Part shown: positions 49,455-61,800 of the stretch, piece after piece
Layout of the letters: every line of letters begins with the position of its first letter
How positions within the stretch are numbered: the first letter of the stretch is position 1
From: Marsupella aquatica
Taxonomy: Eukaryota; Plantae; Marchantiophyta
NCBI GenBank assembly: GCA_973895155.1
Contig: OZ316891.1
Span: 12,336,771 to 12,400,770 of the forward strand
Length of the DNA: 64,000 nt
Direction: 5' to 3'
The notes under the pieces: generated by a model
The model's database searches: none
Told to the model about the DNA's origin: nothing
The model's input: only the letters and a program-made list of their open reading frames with translations
Position numbers and translations under genes: made by a program

Positions 49455-52098
49455 ATGGACTTGTTTTCTGGATCCTTCGCCTGCTTTAAGCCAGTCGGTA
49501 AGCTTGCCTCTGCAGACGAACCTGAAAACGACCACAACTCGAAGGAGAAAATAAAAATATGGGTGTTAAGATGCAGTCAAACAGGTCGTGTACACTACTT
49601 GGAGGCTTACAAGGATTTTGTGGATGTCTTATTGGGGTTCTTGATGTTGAGAACGGGAGCGCTAATCAGACTGAATCGTGATGTCTCGCCAGCGATGAAA
49701 CAGAAGACCAGCGGTGGCATCCATGGTGTGTATGAGAGTTTTAAGAGACTTGACGATTCCGCGGTTCTTGTCGATAAAGAAATATTGTTGGATCCATTTG
49801 AGAGGCTTAAAGTATCAGAAGAATTGCAGACGCTTGATGATGGTGATTTTGAATGCTGCAATGCCGATTGCTTCAAATACTTGTCTGGGTCTCGTCAAAT
49901 ATGTAGGAGTTGTACCATTTCAACTCACTTCAGCTGCGTCTCCTGTGGAGGCTACTTTCGAGAAAATGCCCACACTTCCTTGTGCTATACACCTTGGAGA
50001 CCCTGGAGGAACCACATGACAGCCGCGCCTATTCTCACACGATACACAGTAATCCAAAGCTGCCCTCCAACGGACAACAAACAAAAGAAGGAAGGTTATG
50101 TGAAGAAGGACATGCCATTCATTGTAACCAACGAACTGATTATTACGCCGTTGTCCACATCCACCTTATCAGAGGTACTCAAAAGCTGTGGAGCTAGTAG
50201 CTGTGAGGATTTGGAATGCAACGAGCTATCAATTGGAACACCAGAGGTAATGGCTTTCCATCTGAAATTTGGTTTAGAGCTTCGCAGCCTAGGGTCTATA
50301 CCTAGCACAAATGCTACGTCCGAAAAAGAATCCATAGATTCAATCAAAGAAGGTGTTTAGAGCTATGTTAAAAAAAGAAGCCACTGATGTCCTCCTACAG
50401 GTACTTGTGATGCTTGGTGCAGCCTTGACCTCCCCTACACCACTGACAGATATCTTTGGGAAGATGTGTAACGAGAGAACTAGGGTCTCTTCTTCTGTCT
50501 CAGGTGCTTCATTCTCTGAATTTCCTCCCTGCGAGAAGGGATCAAAGTTTTGTGATCAGGATGGTTCGTCTATCGAGCGATCGAGGTCCATAACTTCTTC
50601 TAACGTTCCTCCCTGTGAGAAGAAGATGCCAAAGTCTCATAATCATGATGATTTATCGCGAAAGAGACTGACCCCGTCAACCCCTTGTTGTAAATCGAAA
50701 CCCTATCAGACGATGTCAAAGTTTGAAGATCATGACGATTCATCGATCAGGAGCCGGACGACCAAGACTTCTTCTGCATTGCCTTCCTGTGAGAAGACAT
50801 CAAGGTCTCGTCATCGTAATGATTCATCGATTAAGAGAGAGACGTCCCTCGTTAAGCATGCCATGATGAGTGAAAGGATTTCCCCTGACGAGTCTCCACG
50901 CCACTCCCCTACACAGTCGGCACTTCCGCAAAGAGTTGTGGATACGCCAGCTGGGTGTAAACCTTGTCGATCATCATTAGGGAGGGAGAGCCCACAGAAG
51001 CAGATACCCAGAAAAATATCATTTCAACAGCAGCCCGCTGCTTACGAGTCACCAGAACCCCAACCTGATTGTCTCGGTTCGGTCTCGGTCTGCCCATCAA
51101 CTGGAGCTATACCGGGCGAATCTTCCTTCATTGAACTCTCAAATTTTGAAGAAACGCCGCAGCAATCGCTCTTCCGTGAGCAGCATCTAGTTAGGAGGTC
51201 TGTCTGTACACCAAGCTCTTCACGGAGCTCTACACCTGGCTCACGGTCAATGGAACAAATGGCATCTCCGATTCGAAGGTCAAATTCAATCTGCCCAATC
51301 GATGATTGTGCTCAAGCTTCTCCACAGAGCTCACCACTTCGGCCCACGTCTATGTCAATCATGAATCCTCTGTTTCAACAGGTGACCAACCACCTCAGGA
51401 GCTAGTTCATATAGGATTCTTGCAAGCTAAATTTTGGAACTTGAATATATTTGATTGACTAGTTTGCAGCCTCATTTCTGCTGGCCAAAGCTGACGACTT
51501 TTGCAGGATTTCTCCAAGGGTGTCAGTGGTTCTTCTTGGTATTGAAATTTAATTCCATGTTATCTCATTTCTGTTGGACTTGGAGAGGTCACGGGCACCT
51601 GCAAAAGAGTGAAAAGTTTACATCATGGTCGTTCACTGACTTCCCAAGAGAGATTTTGCACGAAGTGGTTTGGATGGTCCACAGCTGAAGGCACTAATAC
51701 TTTTCTGGTCTTCAAACTTTTCCTGACAGGTGTCTTCAACACATCATATTTCTTCTGCAATATCATCTCAACCTCCAACTTCACCTCCAATGCCAGCTCC
51801 TTCGACCACTGAACATCAATCGTTACCTTGTATTGCACGACAATCTCAGGGTGAAAACAGTTTACAACACAGACCTAGTATTGTGCATAGGTCATTATCA
51901 CCAGTTATACGTCAACCTGGAGTCACAAATTATGTACGACCTGCAGTCAATTTTCGTCAGAAATCCGCTGGCACAGGGATTGCGTCTTTCGCATCAGTTG
52001 CGGCGGCCTTCGAACAAGGCCCAGAATGCTGTTACTCAGACTCGGAAGCTGGAAGTGATTCGTGTAGTTCTGGATATTCAGATGATATCCAACTTTGA
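49455..52098 (+). CDS. DUF674 family protein with long Ser/Pro-rich C-terminal extension
   Basis: DUF674 motifs EA.KDFVD.LLGFL...G.LIRL, YES...LD, GYVK...FIVT.EL.ITPLS and L.A.L.S.T.LTD.F. Intron 50247-50400 joins the two long ORFs in frame. A probable intron 51382-51729 leads to the last exon; small extra exons are possible. Confidence 0.82.
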
Positions 52099-53518
52099 AC
52101 TGATAAAATCCTCAAGTTCGACCATTTGACGCTGAAATGCCTGCTGCGTTGGTGAGGCTGAGCCCCTGCGCCCTCATCACTCGACATTGTACACTACGTT
52201 ACACAATTCAATGGAGATATAAATTTTTCTGCAACAGACAGGACGTATATCAAAGGGGGGCAGGACATACTGTAGTGGGGACCCTTGATCTGAAAAAAAT
52301 ACAAGACGCATCAGTAAAGCCTGAGATATTGAGATGCTCACATCCCTGAGCTACATCCTGAGCATGAGTGGAATCGCTCTTTAGTGGAGGAGAGAAGAAA
52401 CGATGGCAGCATGCAATGGCCAGACAATCTCAGAGGGCTAACATCTTTGGACCCAGGCAACTGTTCATGTGGGTTCATATTGGGTTCCGTGGAAAGGAAG
52501 CATATAGTAGCAGCATGCCATGGCCAAGCAGTCCTCGTCGAGTTGACGTTCTAGTACAGTTAGTTATGATTATCCACCAGGCTAGATTAGCAAGTCAGCA
52601 AGTTTGAGAAATTTCGGAAGCTCAAACTTTAATCTGTACATACGGGTTTCAGGGTGGAATTTTTTCCTGGAATGACAGCTTGACTACGGAAGTCAAAAGT
52701 AATTACGTGGTCGAGCTAAACCTGGAAGGCTTATCATCCGACTGACATCGTGTTACAAAGCATAACAGACAATGATATCAGTTGTTATAATAGAAGGTCA
52801 TATGGCCTCATCAACACCACAATATATGTTCAAAGTTGAACTCTACCGGATACATAGGGAATCCAAAACTGGAAGGAGGCTGATGCTTCTAGACAGGGCT
52901 GTGTTTGAATCCCTTATTAAGATTCTCAATCTCGCGTAGCTGCCCGACATTTGGTCGGAAACTAAGGGAAAAGAACATTCAAAAGCTATCTTTGGCAGAG
53001 CAGGAAGCTGCAAGTGAGCAACTGATCTACAGTAAAAAGCTAGATGTGAATGCTGAAAACAGACCATTCCGAAAAACTGAACGTGGGTCAATTGGTCCAA
53101 GTGCATCAAAATGAAACAGCATCCAGAAATGTACATTACCTTTCATCAATACGTGATGCGTTAATCAAAACCCCAAACCAGACATCAAACCGGATTTTCC
53201 ATATGCCACAAACACCATTGCCGTAAATATCCTCCCGAAAAGTTACACCGAATTTCACTCTGTTTGCGAGAAAGCACTCTGTCTAGCATGAACTACCATT
53301 CTAGCAGCACGCGAAATACAGTCGAGGTGTTTGTTGTTATGTAATGCACGAAGTGAGCCCTATTTTAAAAGGACAGCCTGAAACTCACAGTACTGGAATG
53401 AGTTTTTGAAAGCCAAAAAAACATAACAATTGTAAAGAAAAGTGATGCTAGTCGTGCTTGCTATGTAAAACTTCTTTATCAACCCGTATGGAGATAACTT
53501 AGAAGATGTAGTTCAGAG

Positions 53519-54059
53519 TTACTTCCCCCAGGTTCTCGCTACTTCAAGCTCTATCAATTCATTTGCAGACGCTCTCCTCAGGTGTAAATACCCTCCCGGA
53601 TAAGTGAGAGGTACTAGATTTCTGCTCAACTCTCTACCGATCTCCTTGGTAACCCCTCTGCCCAATCTTATGTCCGAATTTCGGATGTACCAATTGGGAT
53701 TCATAGAAAACTTTTCCTCATCGCCCACCTGCTCAACATCAATAATCCTGCTCCCTTCTATCAGCTCAGTCCAAACCAAAATACTTCCAAAACAAAACAT
53801 CGATACACTTCGGATGTAGTAGCCCTGGCTCTAGCTCCACAATTTCCTTCCTAATTCTTCTTTCACCCTCCGTGAATTCAATCATGCAGACAGCCCTTGG
53901 ACCCTTACATATTCGAATGCACACGATGTGAATGTAGTTTGCCGGGGAAAGAATTGCTAGTTGGATCCGTTCGTCAATACCCCAAGTTCTAGTTTCCAGC
54001 ACGTTGTAGCACAATGGAGGCGTGACATCGTAAGGTTTAGGAGACTTTAAGCATCTGTC
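53519..54059 (-). pseudogene. Start-less ~160-codon reading frame with a 61-nt intron, possibly of fungal origin
   Basis: Two ORF pieces join in frame on removing 53808-53748 (GTGTAT...GCTGAT...GCAG). There is no ATG at the 5' end and I recognise no domain. Confidence 0.4.
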
Positions 54060-54086
54060 TCAAACCACTTTCCACAAAACTTCGAA

Positions 54087-55112
54087 TCAAGCACCGACTT
54101 CCACAGCAGCACTATTCACACTTAAAGCTTTCATCTTTTCCTGCTTCGCCCTCAAAGCTGCGAAATTCCTATTCATCGCGCTCCGAGTGAACTCCTCTCC
54201 AGTCACCATGGGATATTTCTTCATCGGCCCCTGGATCTTGCAATCCGTGCAGGGCTGGTTGAAAAAAGCAATGCTGTACCTGGGCCCGAAATAATCCACA
54301 GCGGGATCACTCGGTGTCTTGACTCGGTGGAAGGTCGATTTGAAACGATCGTCAGACCAGCTCATGAGGAGGTCCCCAATGTTGCAGACTATTTCTCCTG
54401 CTGCAGGCTCAACCCTCGTCCACGTATCGCCCACACCGAAGCCGGTGACGACCTCTCGGCCGGGGCAGAACTCAAGGCCGCTCTGCCCATCTTTCTGGAA
54501 GAGAAGGGTGATGAAATCCCAGTCTGTGTGAGCGCCGGCGCGGTAGTAGCCCTCGGGGACCGGGGCCGATGGGTCCACTTCGAAGTAATGAAGGAAACGG
54601 AGGACGGTCTGGGCGTTGGGCCGTGACACGTCGTGAGCTTTGACGAAGTAGTCGTCTGGGAATCCTAAGCCTCGGGCGAAGCAGACCATGAGCTTCTCGG
54701 ACACTTCTTGAGCCTGCTTCATGAAGGCGAGGGATGTCTCTTTGAAGCCTGGCAGCTGGGAGCCGGGCACCCACAGGCCGTCCATGTTGGAGCCGAATTG
54801 CATCTGATATGACTCTTTCTGGTCAGCAACGCCGGTCGAAGGGCGGATTTGTGATTGCTTCTCCCAGCCAGCGTTCTTTGATGCGTTGAATTGGAGAGTG
54901 GCTTTGGTGGAGTCGGGAAGAGAGAAGAAGGACTCGGAGGTGGCGAACATGTTATCAATACTCGAGATGGGAATTCCGTGGTCCGTGAGGCAGAAGAAGC
55001 CATCGATCTCCGCAGCGTGGATGAGTTGGGTGGTTATCTCCTCAATGCGGTTGGAGAAGTCATGGAGGGATATTTTGGGGATGCTTCGCTCGACGTACTT
55101 TGTGGGAGCCAT
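54087..55112 (-). CDS. 2-oxoglutarate/Fe(II)-dependent dioxygenase (IPNS/DIOX_N type), ascomycete-like, intronless CDS
   Basis: 341-aa intact ORF with DIOX_N (IPKISL...GFFCLTDHGI...FFSLP), HTD, NIGDLL..WSDDRFKSTFHRV and RYS motifs. Confidence 0.93.
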   Translation of the reverse strand: MAPTKYVERSIPKISLHDFSNRIEEITTQLIHAAEIDGFFCLTDHGIPISSIDNMFATSESFFSLPDSTKATLQFNASKNAGWEKQSQIRPSTGVADQKESYQMQFGSNMDGLWVPGSQLPGFKETSLAFMKQAQEVSEKLMVCFARGLGFPDDYFVKAHDVSRPNAQTVLRFLHYFEVDPSAPVPEGYYRAGAHTDWDFITLLFQKDGQSGLEFCPGREVVTGFGVGDTWTRVEPAAGEIVCNIGDLLMSWSDDRFKSTFHRVKTPSDPAVDYFGPRYSIAFFNQPCTDCKIQGPMKKYPMVTGEEFTRSAMNRNFAALRAKQEKMKALSVNSAAVEVGA

Positions 55113-55361
55113 AAGTATGGTCCCTCAGACGAAGGTACACAGAACTGTTCAAACCGAGAAACAACAGTAATTGTGTTGATCAGATCAGTGAATGATCCAC
55201 AAAATGCCTGACGAGCAAACTTACTCGTCCGAACTCACGGCATATGTGTGGATTTCACTTCACTCCAATTCAATTAGAGACAATCACTCACTTGAACTCA
55301 ACTCAACTCAATTCAAATCAGCTCACAATTCAAATCAGCTCACTTCAATTGGAGAACACCC

Positions 55362-55449
55362 TTACTCAATCATGAAGCATTTGGAAACAAATGGGTGTTG
55401 AAATGTTACTCAATCATGAAGCATTTGGAAACAAATGGGTGTTGAAATG
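55362..55449. repeat. Perfect 44-bp tandem duplication upstream of the dioxygenase
   Basis: TTACTCAATCATGAAGCATTTGGAAACAAATGGGTGTTGAAATG occurs twice. Confidence 0.9.
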
Positions 55450-56072
55450 AGCTACAGTAGGGGGAAAGAAAAACCTGACTTAGGAAGATTTGAAAGCTTC
55501 GCCGTCTCGATTGCGTTGAGTTATCCGCTACCTACAGACGACCAGTCGAAAGTATTGCGGGTGACAGCTTTGCAATTTTTCATGTAACTTACTCTTGCTG
55601 CTTAGCTCACCAATCAGTTCAATATTGCCCTTCAGCTCAGTTCCACACGAGCCCTCGAAGCAGCCATTCTCTCTAGACTTTCAGCGTCACTCTCTTCTCC
55701 TGCGATCAACACTCCGCATCTCATCCTGAATGGCTCTTGCATGACCCAAAGAACACATAATTACAGATGGCCTTGCGTCATGTAATCTCTGGACCCAAAA
55801 GTCTGCCCCTCTTAGGCTGGAGGAGAAATTGATCAAAGCCAGACCATCCCACATGGCTTTCTCAAACCAGTGAACATAATTTATTGTCGTCCCACCTCAG
55901 AACAGAAAATCAGTGCAATGGCATTGTACTTTTCGTTAGAGAGCGGAGAGACTTACCTCTATGGAAGATTCCAAACTTTTCAGTTTGTTGCTTAGGAGCT
56001 CAGTAGGGCTATAGGTTGACAAACCTCAAGTGAAGCTTCCAGACTTTTTTTAATACTTAGCCTTATCGGGAG

Positions 56073-56625
56073 CCTTATCCCCCAAATTACCTGTAATTAT
56101 CAACTTGTCCCCAAATTAAACTATTTTAATTCCTAAGTTGACTCCCTTTTTGAATATTGGAACTCTAATTCCTTTACTTAACCCGAAGTCCTTCAGCATT
56201 GGTCGCAAGCCACATGGCAAGGTGCTATTTTCCATGCAGAACCCTGATTCTACCCTAACCTGGGCTGACTCATTCCCATTTCTACAATTTAGTGAGTACT
56301 GGGCTGGTTCACTTGTGTTGCACTAAGGCAGCCGCAACCCCAGATTCCTCCCCACCCCGACCTACCCGCAAAAGGCGGGCCTGACAACAGGGCCACCCGT
56401 TTCTTCCCATTGCCGGCCTGGTACTCCCAAAATTGTTATAAAAGGAGTGCGTCGGCCCGGGTTAGGGTAGAACCTGCCCGGGTTTGGTGTGGCGGCCAAC
56501 GCTGCGGAACGGCCTCAAGTATAAGCGTAAGAGTAACTTGTGTTAATTTTGAAAAGGGGGGTCGACTTAGGTATTAAAATAGTGTGGGGGACAGGTTAAT
56601 AAATATGGTCAGGTTGGGGGATAGG
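56073..56625. mobile_element. MITE with ~80-bp imperfect TIRs (Mutator-like)
   Basis: CCTTATCCCCCAA...AACTATTTTAATTCCTAAGTTGACTCCCTTTT mirrors AAAAGGGGGGTCGACTTAGGTATTAAAATAGT...TTGGGGGATAGG. No clear TSD. Confidence 0.65.
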
Positions 56626-56885
56626 ATTGTGACAAGCTGTTTCCAGCTCATTGCTTAGGAGCTCAATAGTGAGTCTTAAAGGTGACAATTGATGGACCTT
56701 AACTCCCTAGTTATGGGTAAAGGACACACAAAGTTAGGGTTCACAAAATTCCCCGCAAAATTCATAGTCCATAAGCTTTTGCGGTAAGGATCGGTCTTTT
56801 GCCATTACTATTAGTCACTCTAGAGGCTGGTGATTGAAAACGATGACCATTATTTATTTTATGGCTGAATGCCATCGATCATCTG

Positions 56886-57221
56886 TGTTAGATATTGCTG
56901 TAGTCTTGTGACTCATGAGCTAACCACAGTTAGTCTAACTCGGGTTAGGACTTAGCTAATGTTAGCGGTTGTGTATATAGCCAGGGCTGAAGCCAGACCC
57001 TGGTGGAACTTAGGCTCATTGTTACGGAGCTAGTTGAGATATAGGGAGAGCTTGTGCTGCGGATGCTTGGTATGGCCGGTCGACCTAGAGTGCAGTAAAG
57101 TTCTTGTGTGTTCCCGTGGACGTAGCCTCATGTGGAGGTGAACCACGTATCTCTCTGTGTCGACTCTTGTGCGTTGGATGGTTCATGGGCTTGCCGTTGC
57201 AAATGTCGTCTATGCTCAACA
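56886..57221 (+). mobile_element. Solo LTR of a copia-type retrotransposon
   Basis: TGTT...AACA termini, 5-bp flanks ATCTG/ATCTA (one mismatch), TATATA-like box and the copia LTR motif CCCGTGGACGTAGCC...GAACCACGTA. Confidence 0.8.
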
Positions 57222-58870
57222 ATCTATAATTCTCAGCTTTAAGATTCCCTAATAGGGCCTTAGTCCATTTTTTGGCCCTTGGGTTTCATGGGTTTTCCTT
57301 TTTTTTTTGGCCCCTTTATTGGGTCTCCTGTAGTTGGGATCTTGTGTCTTTGGGATCTTGACTCCGGTCTTGATCCCCATATGGCACTTTTTGCTCTCTA
57401 GCAGTGTTATATATAAATCAACAAGAGAGAAGAACAAATAAAGCAAATCAAAGAGAATGATCATAATACAAGCAAAAACTAAACCATTTTTTAGTACCCT
57501 ATCCTTGTTGAAATTATGAACCAGTTCCTATGACTAATTTAATTATCAGATTACATGTCATTTTGTATAAGCCTTGGAGCAGCCTGACTATACTATCCAA
57601 GACTGCACACAATTTACTAGTGGCTGGACACATAGAGGCTTGCAATTTGCCCATGCTATCCCAACCACACCTTCCTACTGACGAGGTTCCCCCATTTGAC
57701 ACTCACCGGTTGACTACTCACTGTCTACGAGCAAAAAAATTGCATTTTGGTCCCCCTAGTTTCTCCCACTTTTTGTTAGGGGGCGAGCTTGGACATATTA
57801 ATATGTGCCTCCACATGTCCCAAGACCAACTACATGTCATCTTGGGTTAGCTGGTTAAACCAACCTACATATAAAATGGGGGCCAGGCAACTTAATAGTT
57901 ATGCTAGTTTGGGGGCGGGTTAGGGGGCGGGTAAGTCAAGCAGGGATGTCCTCTAAGGAGGCAAGCCTCTGAGGAGCACTAGTACCCACTAATAGAGATC
58001 TACCATGTATTGCTTCGGGTGGGGCACATTGTTGTGTCACCAACCTCAGACTGGCATTGTCAAAATGGGTAGAGGTTGAATGTATGGAACACAGCCAGTG
58101 CATGAATGTCTTGTCTGAGCTGTCTGTAAAAAGAGCCTATGGAACTCATAATGAAGTCTCCCAAATATCTGAATAGCAAGGGGAAGTAAGCTATCTGATG
58201 ATAGCCCGGTCTAGTATTCGATCCCAAAAGAAGTGAGGGCTCTAAACAAACAATTCTAGTGTCGTCTTTCCATTTGTGTGCAATGAGAAACAATGGGTGG
58301 CAAGGGAAAATTCCACATGACCAGGAAACCGCCAAGTGAAGTGAAATGTCCCCTTGAGCTACGTTTGGATGAAGTGAAATTATGTCCCCTGTGAGACACT
58401 CAGGTGAAGAGGAAATAGTAAAAAAAAGCAGAAAGTACCAAATGAAAACTAAGGGTATGTACACATTTTGCATGATAAAAAATAAACAGGGGCCCACTTT
58501 GGCTCAAAACTTCCCATGCAGAACTAATTAACATGACACTATATTCACCCCAGATAAATAAAGCCACCCCACTTAGTATGATGATGACATGCCCAACTGA
58601 TGCACCTGTTATGTCAATGGCAGGGATTCTTTTGGAGTGTCAGTCCTATTCATAAGAAAGATCATGACTAAGGTGGATTTAACAACTAATTTATCTTCCC
58701 TCTTGTGACCCTTCTGTGCAGTTGACTCTTGAGCCTTACTTTTCAGTTTAGTGTTGAGCAGGGCTATAGTGCCTTTGCTGTTGTGCGGTGCTTTTGGCTA
58801 TTTGGTCTTCTTCCAATTTTTTTCTTTAATTGTTTTCTTCCCTTTATTGGGTCTCCACCTTCGAGTTCTT

Positions 58871-61800
58871 TGTAAGAAACTGTCAGCTCTGGACTAGACA
58901 GCAATGCGGAAACATGAGAGAGACACACTCAATCAGATGCTACACCGATGAAACACCCCAAGTGGAGAAACTTTTGAAGGCTCCATAGCAAATGAGAGTA
59001 CATGTGAAGAATGAGGGAGAGAGTGCTCTCCCTCCAGCCTATACCCCCCAAGGGGGCCAAGATGAGTGGGCCTAAACTAAGCGGATCTTATCCTAATGTA
59101 ATCTAGGGTTAAAAACTAACCCTAGTAAGGCCAAGCTAACTATGTCGGGAACTAGAGTCAATTCCTAACAATCTCCACCTTGACTCAAGTTCACACAATG
59201 AGTCAGGTGATATACAATATGTAACTAAGTAACATATTTACATAGTCACTGGTTTGGCCCTAACATTAATAATATCCACACAATGACTAAAGCTACTGGT
59301 AGGTAAAACTTTGGTAAGCATGTCTGCCGCATTCTCCTCTGAAGTCACCTTCTCCAGAAACATCTGCTTCGTCTCAATCACCTCACGGATGAAGTGATAA
59401 CGAATATCAATGTGCTTTGTCCTGGCATGGAACACAGGGTTCTTAGCCAGATGCAAAGCACTTTGACTGTCGCACAGCAGCACCGGTCTTTCAGGTGAAA
59501 GACCCGGATCACTCACCAATCTCAGTAGCCAGATCAGCTCCTTGGTTGCCTCACATGCAGCCATGTACTCAGCCTCAGTAGTAGACAACGCAACACAAGA
59601 TTGAGTTGCCGACTTCCAGCTGATACAACCTCCACCCAGCATAAACACATAGCCTATAGTAGACTTTCTGTTATCCAAGTTACCAGCATAATCTGAATCT
59701 ACAAAGCCTTCCAACTCTAATGTAGAGTCTGCTTTACCGTCAAATAAGATCCCACAATCTAAGGTACCTTTCAAATACCGCAAAACCCACTTCACTGCTT
59801 CCCAGTGAAGCTTACCAGGATTTGCCATAAATCTGCTCAAAATGCTAACAGCGTGAGCAATGTCAGGTCTAGTGCATGTCATTGCATACATCAAACTACC
59901 CACAACACTATCATAGGGAACATGTTTCATCGCCAGTCTATCACTCTCACTAGAAGGGCAATCATTCTTTGAGAGTTTAAAGTGGGAGGCCAATGGAGTA
60001 CCAACCGGTTTTGCATTCTCCATTCCATACTTGGCAAGTACCTTCTCCAAATACTGCCTCTGAGACAACCATAATTGCCTTTGCTCCCTGTCACGATGAA
60101 TCTCCATCCCTAGTATCTTCTTGGCCTGACCCAAGTCCTTCATTGAAAACTCCTTACTCAGCATTGCTTTCAGATGGGCAACATCAGACTTATTCTCAGC
60201 TAGGATCAGCATGTCATCCACGTACAATGCCAGCACAATGTAACCAAAGCGTGAGTAATTCTCCACCTCCTTCATGTAAATACAACAATCATGTGCACTT
60301 CGTGTGAACCCCTGAGATAACATGAAGGAATCAAAATGCTTATTCCACTGTCTGGGACTCTGCTTCAATCCGTATAACGAGCACAAGAGCTTACACACCA
60401 AGTGTCTGGTCTTCTCGTCAATAAAACCTGGAGGCTGAGTCATATAAATCTCCACATCAAGCAATCCATGCAGGAAAGCAGTAATTACATCCATCTGATC
60501 TAACTCAAGATCATAGAATGCCACAATCACAAGTAAAACACGGATAGTAGTGAGTTTGACAACTGGTGAGAAAATCTCCGTGTAGTCCAAGCCCTCCTTC
60601 TGGGTGTACCCTTTGGCCACAAGGCGAGCCTTGTAAGTGCCATCCTGCTTCTTCTTGTACAACCATCTACACAGAACCAATGTTTTCCCGCGAGGCATGT
60701 CAGTTAAGCGCCAAGTTGAATTCTTCTTCAAAGAATTCATCTCCTTCAACATCGCCTCCATCCACTTATCCTTCTCTGGAGAGGCCATAGCTTCTTCATA
60801 GCTAGAGGGTTCTCCATCTTCAGTAAGCAAAATAACACCAGGATCATCGTCATGCTCAACAACGTGAACACGAGGATCTGCAAAACCAAATCTATCAGGG
60901 GGTTGGCCAAAATTGGCCCTGGTGGAGCGCCTTGGTTGAGGAATTGCACCTCTACCAGAGGGACCAGCAGCTTCCTCATCGCCACCAAGCTCCACCGTAG
61001 TGGGTTCCTCCACCTGTTCCTCCTGAATATCCCGGGGTCTTGACAACCATTCTTCGTCAAAAACAACATTTCTGCTCACAACTGCCTTGCAATCGACAGG
61101 ATCCCACAATTTATAGCCCTTCTGCCCAGGACTAAAGCCTAGAAAAATACATTTCTTAGACTTGGGATCTAACTTAGACCTGTGTGTCTGCTCAATGTGA
61201 ACATAGGCAGCACAACCAAAAACTTGGAGTCTAGAGTAATTAGCAGGTCTCTTATACCACAACTCACATGGAGTCTGCATCAACTTACTACTATGCGGTG
61301 ACAGATTGTAGACGTATGCAGCTTGGTTGACAGCTTCAGCCCAAAAGTTGTTGGGCAACTTGGACTTACATAGCATGCTGCGTGCTTTCTCCAGTAATGT
61401 CCGATTCAACCGTTCTGCAACTCCATTCTGCTGCGGGGTCTCCGGTACAGTGTAATGACGCTTGAGGCCAAGGTCCCGACCAAATTGATCAAACTCATTG
61501 GACTTATACTCGCCACCGTTATCGGACCGAACACACTTCAACTCCTTCCCAGTTTGTAGCTCTACCATGGCTTTCCACTCCTTGAAAATCTCAAAGACTT
61601 GAGACTTCTCCTTCATGTAGTACAACCAACACATTCGAGAGTAATCATCTACAAACGTCACAAAATATCTGGCTCCACCCAACGACGGCTCCGGCGCTGG
61701 ACCCCAAACATCCGAATGTACATACTCAAGAATTTCATGAGAATGGTATGAACTAGAACTGGAACTCACTCTCCTCTACTTGCCGAAGATGCAATCTTCA

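Noticed and set aside
24026-55112. BAHD acyltransferase plus dioxygenase as a biosynthetic gene cluster
   Set aside because: They are ~26 kb apart, separated by unrelated housekeeping genes, and there is no scaffold-forming enzyme in the window; co-expression data would be needed.
61770-61778. Programmed frameshift between gag and pol
   Set aside because: Both ORFs are in the same frame, and the break lies within the integrase N-terminal region, consistent with a nonsense mutation.
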